Source: the human T2T-CHM13v2.0 reference genome, Homo sapiens. From it: a stretch of DNA of 64,000 bases. The DNA lies in the NCBI RefSeq assembly GCF_009914755.1, contig NC_060945.1; one strand, written 5' to 3'. This document shows, one piece after another, positions 13,116 to 26,895 of the stretch. Under the pieces are notes generated by a model. It saw nothing but the letters and a program-made list of their open reading frames with translations, made no database searches and was not told the origin of the DNA. Each line of letters opens with the position of its first letter. The first letter of the stretch is position 1. A program made the translations under genes and the position numbers.

Positions 13116-13458
13116 AGATATAGTTTGGCTCTGTATCCCCACCCAAATCTCATCTCGAATTATAATCCCCGTGTGTGGAGGAAGGGAGGTGGTTGAATCA
13201 TGGTGTTGGTTTTCCTCATGCTGTTCTCATGATAGTGAGTGAGCTCTCATGAGATCTGATGGTTTTATAAGTGTGTGGAAATTCCTCCTTCACTCTCCTC
13301 TCTTGCATGCTGCCATGTAAGATGTGCCTGCTTCCCCTTCTGCCATGATTGTAAGTTTCCTGAGTCTTCCCCAGCTGTGAGTCAATTAAACCTCTTTTCT
13401 TTATAAATTATTCAGTCTCGGGTATGTCTTTATAGCAGTGTGGAAATGTACTAATTCA
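13116..13458 (+). mobile_element. THE1D-like MaLR LTR
   Basis: GATATAGTTTGGCTCTGTATCCCCACCCAAATCTCATCTCGAATT...GTCAATTAAACCTCTTTTC...ACTAATTCA. Confidence 0.9.
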
Positions 13459-16199
13459 CCAGCTAAAAAGAGTATGTTTGGACTAGTAGGAGTGAGAATA
13501 CCTCAACAAAGAGAGCAGGCTCTGTTCCCATCCTATGTTGCTATCTCTAGCATAAGCCGAGAGGTCCTAGGTAACACCTATTTTTTTCCAAGAAACCAGA
13601 AAATATATCAAGGAATTCCTAGGCTCAGGAACATATCTAGGAAATATGCATAGTGAGTATCATGTCTATTCACAGAGGGCCTAGAGAGCAGCTTTGCGTG
13701 GCAGGAACACACAGATCAGCCAGAGGTGTCGTCTCTCTGCAGAACACTTACTCTAGTGGAGCCATGTCTCTGCTCAGCTTCCGACCTGGCTAGGAAATCA
13801 TATTCCAGGGTTATTACAATTGCTTTCTCATCATATAACTATATTTCTCCCACATTTTTACTATAGCCAGGAAAAAAAAGTCAAGGTTTAAAAAAATGAC
13901 ATATTCTGTTTGAGTTTCGATTTATTTTTAGTAGGCTAAAAAGAACTTCCATATTGTACTTGACCTCAGTTGGCGTGTTTATGTAAAAAACAGGGCTCTT
14001 TCCACCTTTTATTTATTTATTTACACACTTATTTATTTATCAGTTCAAAGTCTTTTGCTATGTGTGAGTTTACTTTGAATGATGTTGGGGACAAATATAA
14101 ATAAAGTTGTAGACATTGAGAATTTTAGAATAATGTGGGACTCAGTCCATAAGAAGGTAAGAACCACAAACTATATAGGGAAATATAGACATAAATTAGA
14201 CAATTTCAACACTTTATTACAGTAGAAATACCTAGAGAATGAAGTTGAAAACCATGAAAGAGAAGGAAGGACCTGCTTGAGGGAGGAAAGGGTGTCAATA
14301 AATTCTTAAAAAGAAAATGCAACACTTGAAAAAAAGATAAAAGAAGCAAGCACTTTACAGATGGATGTGTTTGGAGGTGAAATTTTAGGCTGAGGAACAG
14401 AATTAATAAAGACTTGACATTAAGAGAAAACATATCACTGGAGAGTTTAACATACTTCATAGAATGCCTGGAACACAGAGTGTGCAGAGAAGAGAGGGTT
14501 AGTGATGAGTTTAATGGATATGCATGACCTCCATCTTGCCTCACTAATAAATTTATCTTTGAATTTTATGTCATGGTCAGTTGCTGGTATATTTGATGCA
14601 AAGAGAAACCAAAATAGAATTGTATTTAGAAAGAACACATGGGCAAAATATGGAGGATAGATTAAAAGAAAGTGAAATTAGCATTTGAGAGGCCAACTGG
14701 GAGATGACTCTAGGAAACCAAATAGGTGACTCTTCCTTTGAATAGCTTTCCATTTTTATCACAAATTCACAATTTGTTACCCATTTGTAATTTTACATCA
14801 AGTCACAATTAAATTCAACTATAATAAACAGAACTCAAGGGCCAGTGTTTGGCAGTGAGATTAAGAACTAAAAAAAAACTGAAACAGAGCAACAAGCATA
14901 TAAATATATAAATAAATGGAAAGGTCAGAGTTAAAAAGAGAATATGCAAAGTGGCTTGGAGTTTTAAAAATTCAAAGGGAAATTCAGTCAATGAAAATAA
15001 ATTAAAGCCAAAAAGGATTATGAGCAAACTCTCTGAAGTTAAAGAACCCGCCCTACACACTCACCATATTTGTAACATTCTTATCCTTTTATTACAGCAA
15101 ACATTCAAATGAAACCATTAAAATCACTGCCACAGTTTGATTGCAAGACCTTATCAAATAATGGATTTGACATTATTTATCTTCAAAGACTCAACATTCC
15201 GTCTAAAGCCCTGAGGCCTTGAATCTCCACTGAAGCTATAGATCATCTTCACAGATATGACTTTGATCTGATGACCATCTTTGTGAGGAAATTTTCCTTT
15301 AACTAGTGTGTGTCCTAATTAAAACAGAGGTATCTGCTGCGATTAAAAAAAAAATCAAGGCATTTCTTACTAAGATTTCATCTGAAATACCTTCATGGTC
15401 AGTGGAACCTCAGAGATCCAGGTGCATTATACCTGCACGCTAATGTTTTGGCTCCCCCTGGAGGATATTAGTATGTCACAGAATTTACTAAGTGACAGAG
15501 TCAAAGCTAGTTTCCCACAAGCAATATAAAGTTGAAAAGATGAAAGATGAAAGGAAACAATAACAAAAAATAGGGGGTTCTGATTATATGATAGAATAGC
15601 TGGTACTGAATTTGCCATCCCACAATAAACAACTTTAAAGCTAGACGGGGTATTTGAGACTAATGTTATTAGTCAAAAGAAAAGAGGCAACAAAAGACTG
15701 ATCACTGAGGGAAGGGAAAATCGGAAGGCAAACCTCAAAATCACCCTGGCTCCTGGTGAAAGTATCCTTAAAAGTGGCAGAGCAAGCTGCATTCTTAGCA
15801 GGGCATGGTGTTACTACTGGACCCAAGAGCAAAAATCAGAGTTCAGATCAGCAATCTTGGATCTACAGGGCAAGACACTGGAAAGGAGGTAGTGTCAAAC
15901 GGTTGGTAAGGAGGAGGCAGAAATCTTTATGAGGGCTTCCTGTGATGAACGGCTTGACAGAATGTGCGGAGCAAGAGCGCATGAAGCTTACAGTGGAGCA
16001 GTTTCAGCCAAATGTAGAACAAAGCAACAGAAATAAGAGAGGTCAGACAGTGCTACAGGGACATCAGAGGTCTAGCTCAGGTAAAAGGGAAAGAGATCGT
16101 TAATCATCTCTCAATCTCAGGTCATCAAGTCAGAGACCATGGAAATGCTAAGAGTTTAGAGTAGAAACAATGCCCAAATCATACGTATTAAAATGAGAG

Positions 16200-17404
16200 A
16201 CACCATTAGGTTAGAAGTAAAATAATAAGCATAAAAATCCTAGTGACTATCTTATTACGATACAAGTAGACTTTATAAAAAAAGAATGAGTCAAGAAATA
16301 AAGACATTTCATCATAATAATAAAGGAACAATTCATTAGAAAGACATTATTTTCTAAATATGTATACACCTAAAAACAGAACTTGAAAAATGCATGAAAC
16401 AAAACTAACAGACAAATTCTAAAATTTGAGGACTTAACATTTCTTCTGTCAGTAATTAATAGAATAAGTAGAAAAAATACAGCATGCATATAGGAGATCA
16501 TAACAACACTATCAACCTACTTGACCTAATGAAGATTTACAGAAAGGTATGTCCAACAATTACAACTCTACAGGCTTTAGAAATACACACAGAAAAAAAC
16601 ATATTTCGGTCCATAAAACAACGTTCAATGCATTTCAAATTATAAAAAAATACAGTGTTTAGCCTGACTCAAACTGTATTAAATTCAAAATCAATAAAAC
16701 AAGAAACAGAAAATTCCCCAATATTTGAGAATTCTATGACACATTTCTAAGCAGCCCATAGGTAAAAGCAAACATCCCCAAATTATTTTTAAAATATTAT
16801 AAAAAAAGGAAAACTCAAAATATTTAAATATATAAGATACTGCCTAAATAGTTCTTAGAAGCAAGATTGTAGATTTAAATGCCTATAATTTAAGAGGAAT
16901 AAATTTTGAAAACAATTGTAGGAGCTCCTACCCAATAAGCTCAATAAGAACAAATTAAATTAAAAATAATGGGCAGTAAATAATAAAAATAAAAACAGAA
17001 GTCAATGAAATAAAAGACAAGAGTAACAAAAACAAAAATAAAGCAAAGTAACGTAGTTCTGTTGAAGGTTTAATAAAGATGATAAACATATAGTGAGATT
17101 AATAAAGAAATATTTTAAAGAGAAAATTACCAAAATAAGAAATAAAAACCAGGATATCAAAAATTGATCATTCAGATATTAAAAGGTTAAAAGAAAACTT
17201 TATAATAACTTTGAGTACTTGGATGAAATTGACATATTTCTTGAAAAACTCGACTCTACAAAATTAAAGAACAAACATAGAATCTAAAATGACATATATC
17301 TGTTAAGAATATTGAGTTAATGATCAAAACCATCTCAAATATATACAAATACGTATATATTCCAAACAGAGAGGGTTTCAAAAAGTACTTCTTTATAACA
17401 TTTA
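16200..17404 (+). mobile_element. Ancient L1M ORF2 (endonuclease region) remnant; resumes at about 20010-20360
   Basis: A-rich, collinear with L1 ORF2 (AAGTAGACTTT..AAAGGAACAATTC..ACACTATCAACCTACTTGACCTAAT..GGATGAAATTGAC); many stops. Confidence 0.75.
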
Positions 17405-17549
17405 GCACTTGGAGTGCAGTGTAGAAAACTTACCTCCCTTCAGTTTCCTGTACTTTTACTACTTTTAAATAACATTGTCTTGAGTATAGGATAGTATTAT
17501 AATTTCTCTTTTAATAATAAAATGTTATAAAACTCATGGGGAGAATGAT

Positions 17550-17977
17550 ATACTGAGTTCAATAGTGTCTCTCAGAAACCAAAAACCACAGAATGTGGTC
17601 ATATTTGGAAATTTAGTCTTTGCTGATATAACTAATTTTAAGTAATAATGAGGTCATGTTGGGTTAGAATGGGCTCTAATGTGATAATTGATTATTTTCA
17701 AAAGAATTGAAAACAGAAACACAGAGACACAGACACAGGGAGAGTGCCATGTGGCTATGGAGATGGAGACTGGAGTGATACACCTACATGCCAAGGAATC
17801 CCAAGGTTTGCCAGCAACCACCAGAAGAGGCAAGGAACGATAAGAGAGAACATAGCACTGCTGACATATTAATTTATGGCTTCTAACCTCCTTCTCTCTG
17901 TGAGAGAATACGTTTTTGTTGTTTTATGCCACCCATTCCACGGTACTTTATTACAGCAGCCCTAAAAAACAAATACA
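17550..17977 (+). mobile_element. MLT1C-type MaLR LTR
   Basis: AGAATGTGGTCATATTTGGAAAT..GCCATGTG..GAGACTGGAGTGATAC..GCCAGCAACCACCAGAAG..ACAGCAGCCCTAAAAAACAAATACA. Confidence 0.85.
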
Positions 17978-18600
17978 AAGTTTTGCACAGATAAGTACGA
18001 TGCGGCTGTTATAAATATCAAAAAATGTGGAAGTGGCTTTGGAATTGGAAAATGGATAGAGGATACAAAAGTTTTGAGGTGCTTGACAGAAAAAGCCTAG
18101 ATTCTCTTAAAGGAACTGCTGGCAGAAATACAGATGTTAAAAGTGATCTAGTGAAGACTCCAAAAGAAATGGGTACAGCTACAGAGAATGTTCTCACATC
18201 ATTGAGAACGCATATATTGTCACGAACAGATTGTTGGTAAAAATATGAATGTTAAAGGTGCTTCTGGTAATGCCTTTAGAAAGCAATGAAGAATGTGTTA
18301 TTGGACATTGAAGGAATCCACGCTAAAAAGTGGCAGGAAATGTGGCTAAATTATGTACTGTTGTTGGGTAGAAAGTAGAATTTGTAAGTGATAAACTTAG
18401 ATATTTAGGTGAGATTTCCTAGCAAAGTGTGGAAGGTGCAACATGGTTTCTCCTTGCTGTTTATAGTAAAATGTGAGAAGAAACAGATATGTTGAAGAAG
18501 AAACAGCCAAGCTAAAAGGAGCAAGCATTTGGCGATTTGAAAAATTCTCTACTTATTCAGACAGCATGCTCCAGAGGCAGGATCCAAGTACAACCATTTG
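17978..18600 (+). mobile_element. MLT1 internal (MLT1-int) fragment
   Basis: AAAAATGTGGAAGTGGCTTTGGAATTGG..GAGATTTCCTAGCAAAGTGTGGAAGG, immediately 3' of the LTR. Confidence 0.8.
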
Positions 18601-18689
18601 TTAAAAAGGCTAATCATGGGACTTATGCTGCCAAGCACTATATTAACCTCTCCTAGTTGAACTGGCATCAGTTCAGAAATATTGAATCT

Positions 18690-19990
18690 TAAATTATTTT
18701 CCCACAGGTCCAAGTCCTTGAAGGGCTCTTCATTTTCCTTCCAATGTTTTATCTCTCCATTTTTCAGATTGGGTAAATTCTACTGATCTGTCCTCTAGTT
18801 CAATTATTATCTCCACTGTACTCTTGAGCCCTTCCATCAAGTTTTATTTCACTGTTTTATATATATATATAATTTCTGTAGCTTCCATTTGCTCTTTTTT
18901 ATATTGTCTACCTTTTGCTATATTTTTAAATTTGTTTCAAGAGAATGTCTAATTGTTGAAGCTTTTTTTTATTACTGCTGCTTTAAAATACTAGACAGAT
19001 AATTCTAATACTTGATGAATTTCGACATTGATGTTATGTGAATGCCTTTTCTCCAAGTTGTTATTTTCATGACTCTTGGGATGATGGGTGATTTTTTTTT
19101 GCTTTAAATCTTGAATATTTTGGTTATGTTAGGAAAGTCAGGGTCCCAGTTAATATTTTATTGTAGTAGGTATTCACTCTGTTCAGGTTTACCACACAGG
19201 TTCTGGTCTATATTGTTCAGCTGTGCATCCCATGACCATTTAAATTGCGGTGGTCACTATCGGTGGTGCCTGAGAGGACAGAAGGTGTTTACGAGGCTGG
19301 GCCATGGTGGGAAAGTGAGGATTTGGCCTGGGAGAATGAAAAACACTTCCTAAGCAGGACCACTCATGTGAGCAGATCCCCTTTGTGGGTGCCTACTGGC
19401 TATTCAGTATTTCTATGTGAGGGAGGAAAGACTTAGGCCCATAGGGACCAAAATAGTCTTTCTGTGCTCAGTTCCCTGTGGTGGGATCCCTTGCCGGCAG
19501 GGGCCAGAGAGTTCTGCCCTGGCCTGGTGCTTGGTTTGGTGAAATCTCGCTTGCTAATGACACTAGATACCTGCTATATCTGTCATGAGGAGAGGAGTCG
19601 CAGGCCCTGTGCGGAAAGGTAGCACTTTTCCATTTGATTTTTGTCAGTGGGGTTTTGATCAGTCCCTCTTTCCAGTACTACTAGGTTCAACTGATATTGC
19701 TGGCAGGACTCCTGTTTGATCTAGGTGAGTGGTGAACCAAGCTGACTATATTTTCTTGCTAACTTGGAGGTTGGGCAACATCAGGCTGAGACACATTTTT
19801 GTGTTGGCTGAGGCTTCACAAGACATCCTAATATTATGCTATTCCTCCAGTCCTTGTAGTCTCTAACATTCACTTTTCTCTGTTCACAGTTCTCCATTTG
19901 TTGTCTATTGCATTATTTCCAGAGTGTATTGCTGTACTTGGCAGGGATGAGCAGGGAGAAATGAGTCTATACCATCTTTTCTAAACCATA
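18690..19990 (-). mobile_element. Ancient L1M (L1MD/MC-like) ORF1/5'-region remnant
   Basis: T-rich reverse ORF1-like sequence (TTTTCAGATTGGGTAAATTCTACTGATCTGTCCTCTAGTTCA..GCTGCTTTAAAATA..GATAATTCTAA), then more GC-rich 5'UTR-like sequence. Confidence 0.6.
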
Positions 19991-20009
19991 GTTTTATGTT
20001 TATATTTTT

Positions 20010-20360
20010 ACAACATTTAAAAAGGAAACAATACTAAAACTTCACAAATTCTTTCCAAAAATTGAAGAGGAAGAACTGCTTGTTTACTCATTTTTACAAA
20101 GCCAGCATAATTCTAATAACAAACACAACAAATAAATCTAAAAACAAAAGTTAAAAATATCCTTTAAACACAAATGGAGAAAACCTCAACAAAATGCTAG
20201 CAAACCAAACTGAAAAACATATGAAAAATTTAATAAATTCATACTAAGAAAGTTTTATTTCAGGAATTCAATTTTCAGCATTCTAACATCAACCTCTGTA
20301 TTTAATACATTAGCAGAATTGAAAAAAAATGCAATATTGTTTCAGTGGATGCAGAGAAGG
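20010..20360 (+). mobile_element. L1M ORF2 remnant (continuation of 16200-17404)
   Basis: AACATTTAAAAAGGAA..TTCCAAAAAATTGAAGAGGAAG..GCCAGCATAATTCTAATA..CTCAACAAAATGCTAGCAAACC..GATGCAGAGAAG. Confidence 0.75.
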
Positions 20361-20909
20361 GAAAACATCACAAAGACACATACAGTTTTGAAGATGAAAG
20401 GGACATAATGGGAACTATTTTAACAGTTATCTTACATGGAACAGGTTGTCTGTTGTTTATTCAAAAATAGAATTATTATCTTTTTAATGGAGATCTTTAA
20501 ATATTTATGTGTTAGAATTAATGAAACCTAGAATTCTGTTATCCAGATGCTGTTGTTTAGGAGGTTTGTAATATTGACATCATACTCTCTTAATTTCACT
20601 TTTATTTGTAAAATCTCTATAAGTGTTTCACTCATTAAAAGATTTTGTAACAATTAATACAATGTGTATGCAATGTTCTTAGTACAGAAAAAACACTTGC
20701 TCAATAGTTAATGTTGTTATTTATTTCCATTCTTAATGTCAAATTTATAGTAGGTGATTAGTTATATTTATAGAATAAATACAGGCATAAATAATTAAAT
20801 GAACAAATAATATAATTTAATCTCAACATAATTGTTCTTTTAAAATTATTCAATATATATTTAATAACTTTAGAATGTTTTTAACTCAATGAAGATTTTG
20901 CAGAGATAA

Positions 20910-21240
20910 TAACTATATACTGAGCCCAGGCATTGTGCTATGTGCTGGGGATAAAAAAGCATTTCCTGCCTTTCTTATTAAAACTTGTAAAACAGAAAAC
21001 ATTAATAACAAGTGATAAATGATGAGATAGAGTAGAGACATCTAAACTAGTTTGAAAGCTCCCAAAATCACTTTTTGAAAGAGCTCTAAAAGGTGAAGTC
21101 TGAAGTCAGGCAAGAAGGCTTCTCCTAGCATTGACATTCTCCTGGGTCTCTGCATGTGGAAATGCTTTGAAGCAAAAGAAGGAATAAAAAATGCAAAGAA
21201 TTGAATAGTACTTAGTTATTGATGGAGCATCTATGACAAC
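20910..21240 (-). mobile_element. L2 fragment
   Basis: CCAGGCATTGTGCTATGTGCTGGGGATA, reverse L2 3'-end signature. Confidence 0.5.
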
Positions 21241-21453
21241 AAAGGAGCAGCAAGGTATTTCCAAACAGGTCAAGGACAAAGAAATGAATTGCAAAAATTG
21301 CCAATGATCTAATCACCCCAAAGCATTAGAAACATTACCGAAATATGGGCCACAAACATGAACAGGGAATTCATGAATTATTATAAAATCTGTTCATCAT
21401 TGAAGAAATGAAAAGCAAACTACTGATCTGGTAGTTTACAGAATGTGAATATA

Positions 21454-21975
21454 CAGTTGGCCCTTGCACAACACAGGTTTGAACTACGTAGATCCTCTTC
21501 TACATGTAGTTTTTTCCCACCTCTGCGACCCGTGATACTGCAAAGACCAACACCTCCTCTTTATCCTCCTCCTCAGCCTACTCAATGTGAAGATATTGAG
21601 GATGAAGACCTTTATGGTAATCACTTCCATTTAATAAATAGTGAATGTTGTCTATTCCTTATGATTTTCTTAAAAAAGTTTCTCTTTTTAGCTAACTTTA
21701 TTATAACAACACAGTATATAATACATACAACATACACAAGATGTGTTAATTGATACTTTATGCTATCGGTAAGTAGCAATATACAGTAGGCTATTAGCAG
21801 TATACTATATAACAGTATATAGTATATAGCAATAACAGTAGGCTATTAGCAATATACAGTAGGCTATTAGCAGTTAAGTTTTCAGGGAATCAAAGTTACA
21901 CGTGGATTTTCAAGTGTGTGTGTGGGGGGGTTGGGTTCGGTGCTTCTAATCTCTGCATTGTTTAAGGATCAGCTT
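21454..21975 (+). mobile_element. Tigger2a (MER28; TcMar-Tigger)
   Basis: Terminal inverted repeats CAGTTGGCCCTTG / TAAGGATCAGCTT with TA flanks; internal CCTCAGCCTACTCAATGTGAAGA..GATGAAGACCTTTATG. Confidence 0.9.
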
Positions 21976-22400
21976 TATATATCATGTATGAAATCTCAAA
22001 TTATAAAGACATGATATTTGATAATGCTAAGTGTTGGCAAGGGTACAATGAAACAGTCGCTTTTTCACAGTACTGATAATAGTGTAAATTAGTACAAACC
22101 TTATATTGGACAATTTAATAACATCCATGAAAACATAAAATATGCCTAGACATTAATTTAGATTCTACTGAATACTCTATATTATAGACATGTAATACAG
22201 AGTTATATGCATGTGAGGGTGACATCTAAATAAGTCACTAGGAGATAAGTAAATAATTACTTTATATAATGTCTTAAAGACAATAGAATATCATATTATC
22301 ATCAGAATAAGTAAGATAAAACTATATATGCCCATGGGGAAAGATTTTGAAGATACATGATTACCTGAAAAAAAGTACATGTGTAAATATACAAACACCA

Positions 22401-22404
<4 letters not shown>

Positions 22405-22448
<44 letters not shown>

Positions 22449-22501
22449 ATATTATCTGCTTTTGTTTGTGTGGTTATACACACACACACACACACACACA
22501 C
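22405..22501. repeat. (TA)n and (CA)n microsatellites
   Basis: (TA)n about 22405-22445; (CA)n about 22478-22501. Confidence 0.95.
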
Positions 22502-22924
22502 TGATGAGTATATTTCTCTGTATATATAATCATATAAAGACACAAAATAATTTTTTAGGCCTGTTCATTTCTCAAGGAGTGAATCTGATATCTTTGTGGT
22601 AAACAGAAAACTTATTTATACTTTAAAATATACCTCTTCACTATGTTTATGCTTTACTCTTTGTAAGATAAATGATTTTAACAATGAAAAAGAAGCTGAA
22701 GAAATTAGGAAATGCAAGTAAACTTGTTAAATAGATCTGCTAAAAATATTGATTATGACTTTCTCTCTGAAATTTTATTTGACCTGATTAAAATGGCTTC
22801 TTGGAAGAATATTGAAGAATTTGATTACATTTCACCTATTCCCTGGAATTAATATTCAGAAAAGGATTTCATAATATTTTGAGTCAAACATTTGAGTCAA
22901 ACAAGAAAATGAATATAATCGTAC

Positions 22925-23110
22925 CTCTGACTGTTCACTGGGCCTCAAGATTGTTTACTTACTCCTTAGTGATCTTGGAAAATCATGTAACTTTTATGGT
23001 TTTCAGATTGCTTGTATGTAAAATAGAAACAATAGTCCAAAGTACTCTAAAGTGTTGCAAGGTTTATTGTGTAAACTACTGAATTTTAAAACTGCTTTAC
23101 AAAACTGACT
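22925..23110 (+). mobile_element. MIR
   Basis: GTGATCTTGGAAAATCATGTAACTTT..TGTAAAATAGAAACAATAGT. Confidence 0.6.
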
Positions 23111-24462
23111 ACATAGTTCAACTGAGCAGAGAAAGTAAAGTTGACAGCTGGAATTCTTTATAAATTTTTTTGAGTTGTCACACTTAGCACAATTGGTACT
23201 GCTGATACTAATATTACCTACAGGATACAGGAATCCAAATGCATTTTTGTTGTAGGTTTATTGTGTACTTACAATGAAGAAAATAACTGAACAATTTCAA
23301 TGCTATGCAAATTTGTACTAATTTTTATAACTAAGCCTAACGATGTACTATAAAATTAACTTATGTAATGCTAATTAAATAAATCATACTAGTTTTTAAA
23401 TATTACACTATTAATATTTGTGTTCAAATATAGAAAATATTTATTTTATGTGCAAGGGAACCATAGTGTTTTACTGCAGAAGGACACAGCTATTACTGCA
23501 TCTGCAGGATTAAAACGCCTCCTACAAAATGACCCTTCCTTCTTTCCTCCATACTTCACTTTGGAACTTTCATCCAGAGCACTCCTGAAGCCATAGATCT
23601 TTACCGCCTCATTGAGCAGAACTGATTTTGAATGGCGCTTGGTCACAAGCTGATCCAGACAGAGGTGACGAATTACTGCTGCATGGGCACATGTTAACAT
23701 TAAGGAGGAAGAAATCAACATTTTTGGATGGGAGGTCAACAGAAAAGTACAAAGGAGTGGCTGTTTTTGTCATTCTTTAAAAGAGTAATCAAAGGAATGT
23801 TATATAAATATTGCATTATTTGTTTAAAGGGATTTAAGAAAAAATAATGCCTTATTGTGAAATTCACAAACAGTACTAACTAGACAAGAGAATGTCAAAC
23901 AATATTACAGACACTTTCCCTACATTTTTTATTGTGTTTTACAGAAAGAACACAAACATAAATAAAAATAGAGGATAATGTAATCTGTAATCTCTTATTG
24001 AGAATATCGTAAGACATTTACAGTTATTTTGAAATACCTGCCTTTGCAATCTAATTCTACAAAAGTCTACAAGCTTCAACAAGGTTGTTATGACTTTGTT
24101 TTGAGCCCTGGACTTGCTGAGCTGAAACAGAACAAAGATGTAGAAATGACATTCACACCTCTTAATTGGTATCATTAAGAGAATTTTTTTTCATGCCAGA
24201 GGACAAGTGATAGACCTCCTTGAGATTACTATGCTCTTGGGAAAACGGAAATTGTCTTCTAATGAGAACACAATGCTGTAGCTGTTATAAAGGTACCAGT
24301 TAGCATTTGCTATACAGAATTCTTTAAAACAGATATTTTGCTCTGAAAGGATTCTAAGTAGTTCTGGTGACCCAGAAAGGGAAAAGAAAGAGCTGTGAGA
24401 GGTGTTAAAATGGTTCATGCAATTTGAAGAGATAATAGAAATTTGAAGGAAAAATTGGGATT

Positions 24463-24464
<2 letters not shown>

Positions 24465-24496
<32 letters not shown>
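24465..24496. repeat. (GT)n microsatellite
   Basis: Direct reading. Confidence 0.95.
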
Positions 24497-24498
<2 letters not shown>

Positions 24499-24805
24499 CT
24501 GTGCATGGGAATTGGAGAGAAGTTTAATGGAACTCTTGTGATTTATTGTAATGCATGTCACAGTGGAAACTGACATCTACTGCAAACTTGTCATGAAATT
24601 AGTAAGGTGATAAATATCAGAGATCTAAAGTTTATATTTTTAGTAAGAATAATTCTTGAAGATACACTCATGTAAAAATGGCTTTATTATATCTGTGAAT
24701 ATCTTAACAGGTATTTAAAGGGAGTTATTCAATCTGTTTAGGAGCTATTGGATTATTCATGTGTGTGTGTGCACACATGTATGTATTTAAAACATAGAGT
24801 GAACC

Positions 24806-25206
<401 letters not shown>

Positions 25207-26193
25207 CTAACCTCCTTACCCTTCTTCAAGCAATTATGTTGTTTCAGATGTATGTGTAGCAGCATTATCCAAAGGGTTTGCAACCATTGTGCTCCATATG
25301 TAACTGAGGATCCTCACCTATTGCTGGCTTTTGTTCTTGCACTATACCCCCACAGTGCCAGTTCAGCATAATAAAAGATATGTCCCATTTTAAGGATCAG
25401 TGGAAATCTTCAGAATTCAAACCCACTGATTCATATTGATTTTCCTCTTCTAAAATCTCAATAACAGAGGGCACATTAAGGGCTTTCTCTGGATTTAATT
25501 TTCTTCATCTGCAAAATGAAAGCACTTTAGATACATGTTTTTTCAACTCTCCTTCACTCTAGCCATCTATAATTGCCACTAGTCTAGAGTTTGGAATAGA
25601 GTACCTAAAATAAAATAAAATATTTACTTAATCTGTACTTTATTCTTTCCTCTGCATCCGTAAAGGTACACAAATAAGAAGAGTTTTCCCTAAGTTTTCA
25701 ATTCAACTAAATTTGATTTTTCAGAGGCCAGAAAAGAAATAATCCTACTAAAATCAAAGCATTGACCAAGTTAAACTCTCAGCAGGAATTGAACCAGAAC
25801 CACCCTTAAATGGCAATATTGTGCTCTTTTTTGTCTTGCCAGAAGCCTGTGTTATTCAGTGTAGTCTAATGAATGATGAGAACCAAGACAAAATAATGGC
25901 AGTGAGAATAAAGAAAATGTGACAAAATTGAAAAAAAAATCTAATTTGGAGGTTTATTCAAATGGGTGAATGAATAATGAGTTTCATGAATTTGAAGATG
26001 AAAATATTCTAGAATAGCTATCAGATTTTTGATTTAGATAAGTCAATATATCTGGATTGGTATTAAATATGTGTTTCCTATTGAAATCCTGTAATAATAA
26101 ATCATTCTCTTCTTTATTTTAAAAGTTAACAATCCACTGTGATAATGACTGAGGAGTCAGAAAGATGGAAATCAAATGTCATTTTTATTACTA

Positions 26194-26527
26194 GAGTAGT
26201 CCCACCATATCTGTAGGAATACATTTCAAGACCACTAGTGGATGCCTGAAATTGCAGACAGTACCAGATCCTATATGATTTGTTTTCTCCTATATATATT
26301 TACCTATGACAAAATTAAATTTATATATTAAGCACTGTAAGAGATTAACAAGATAACTAACAATTAAAATATAACAATTATAACAATATACTGTAATAAA
26401 AGTTATATGAATGTGGTCGCTCTCTCAAAATATTTTCTCATACCGTTTTCATGTATTTTTGGAGTACGGTTGATCATGAGTAACTAAAACCATGGAAAGC
26501 CAAACTGCACGTAAGGGAGGACTATTA
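26194..26527 (+). mobile_element. MER44A (Tigger7-derived MITE)
   Basis: Inverted ends GAGTAGTCCCACC / GGGAGGACTATTA with TA flanks; internal GTGGATGCCTGAAA..CTGTAATAAAAGTTATATGAATGTGGTC. Confidence 0.85.
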
Positions 26528-26895
26528 TAATTAAAATTCAAATTTAAATATGGGGCCAATGAATTTGCTGATTAATATCTTCCTGACTTAAACTGATCAC
26601 CCAGAAATCTTGTCACAGGTCCAACTGGGCAAGAAAGAGTTTCCTCTGCCTCCTCTCAAGCAAGTGCTTTACTGCATAGCAAAATAGCAAAGCAAAACAC
26701 CCCTTCTCTATGGGCAAGCAAAATTCTGAAAGAAAGAAGTTCAATATCTGTTAACATGTGCAAATACTTAGAGACATATACACATATATACACAAATTCA
26801 TATATAATATAGATAAAAATCTTCTAAAATATAAACACATATGTTTCTGTATGTACGTTATGTACATTTTTATTTGATTTTGTTTTCATTAAGGG

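Larger units (their letters stand above)
21330..22690 (+). mobile_element. L1ME-type 3' remnant, interrupted by Tigger2a and microsatellites
   Basis: GATAATGCTAAGTGTTGGCAAGGG..TGATAATAGTGTAAATTAGTACAAACC. Confidence 0.55.

Noticed and set aside
18025-18240. 71-aa ORF MWKWLWNWK...
   Set aside because: Lies in decayed MLT1 internal sequence
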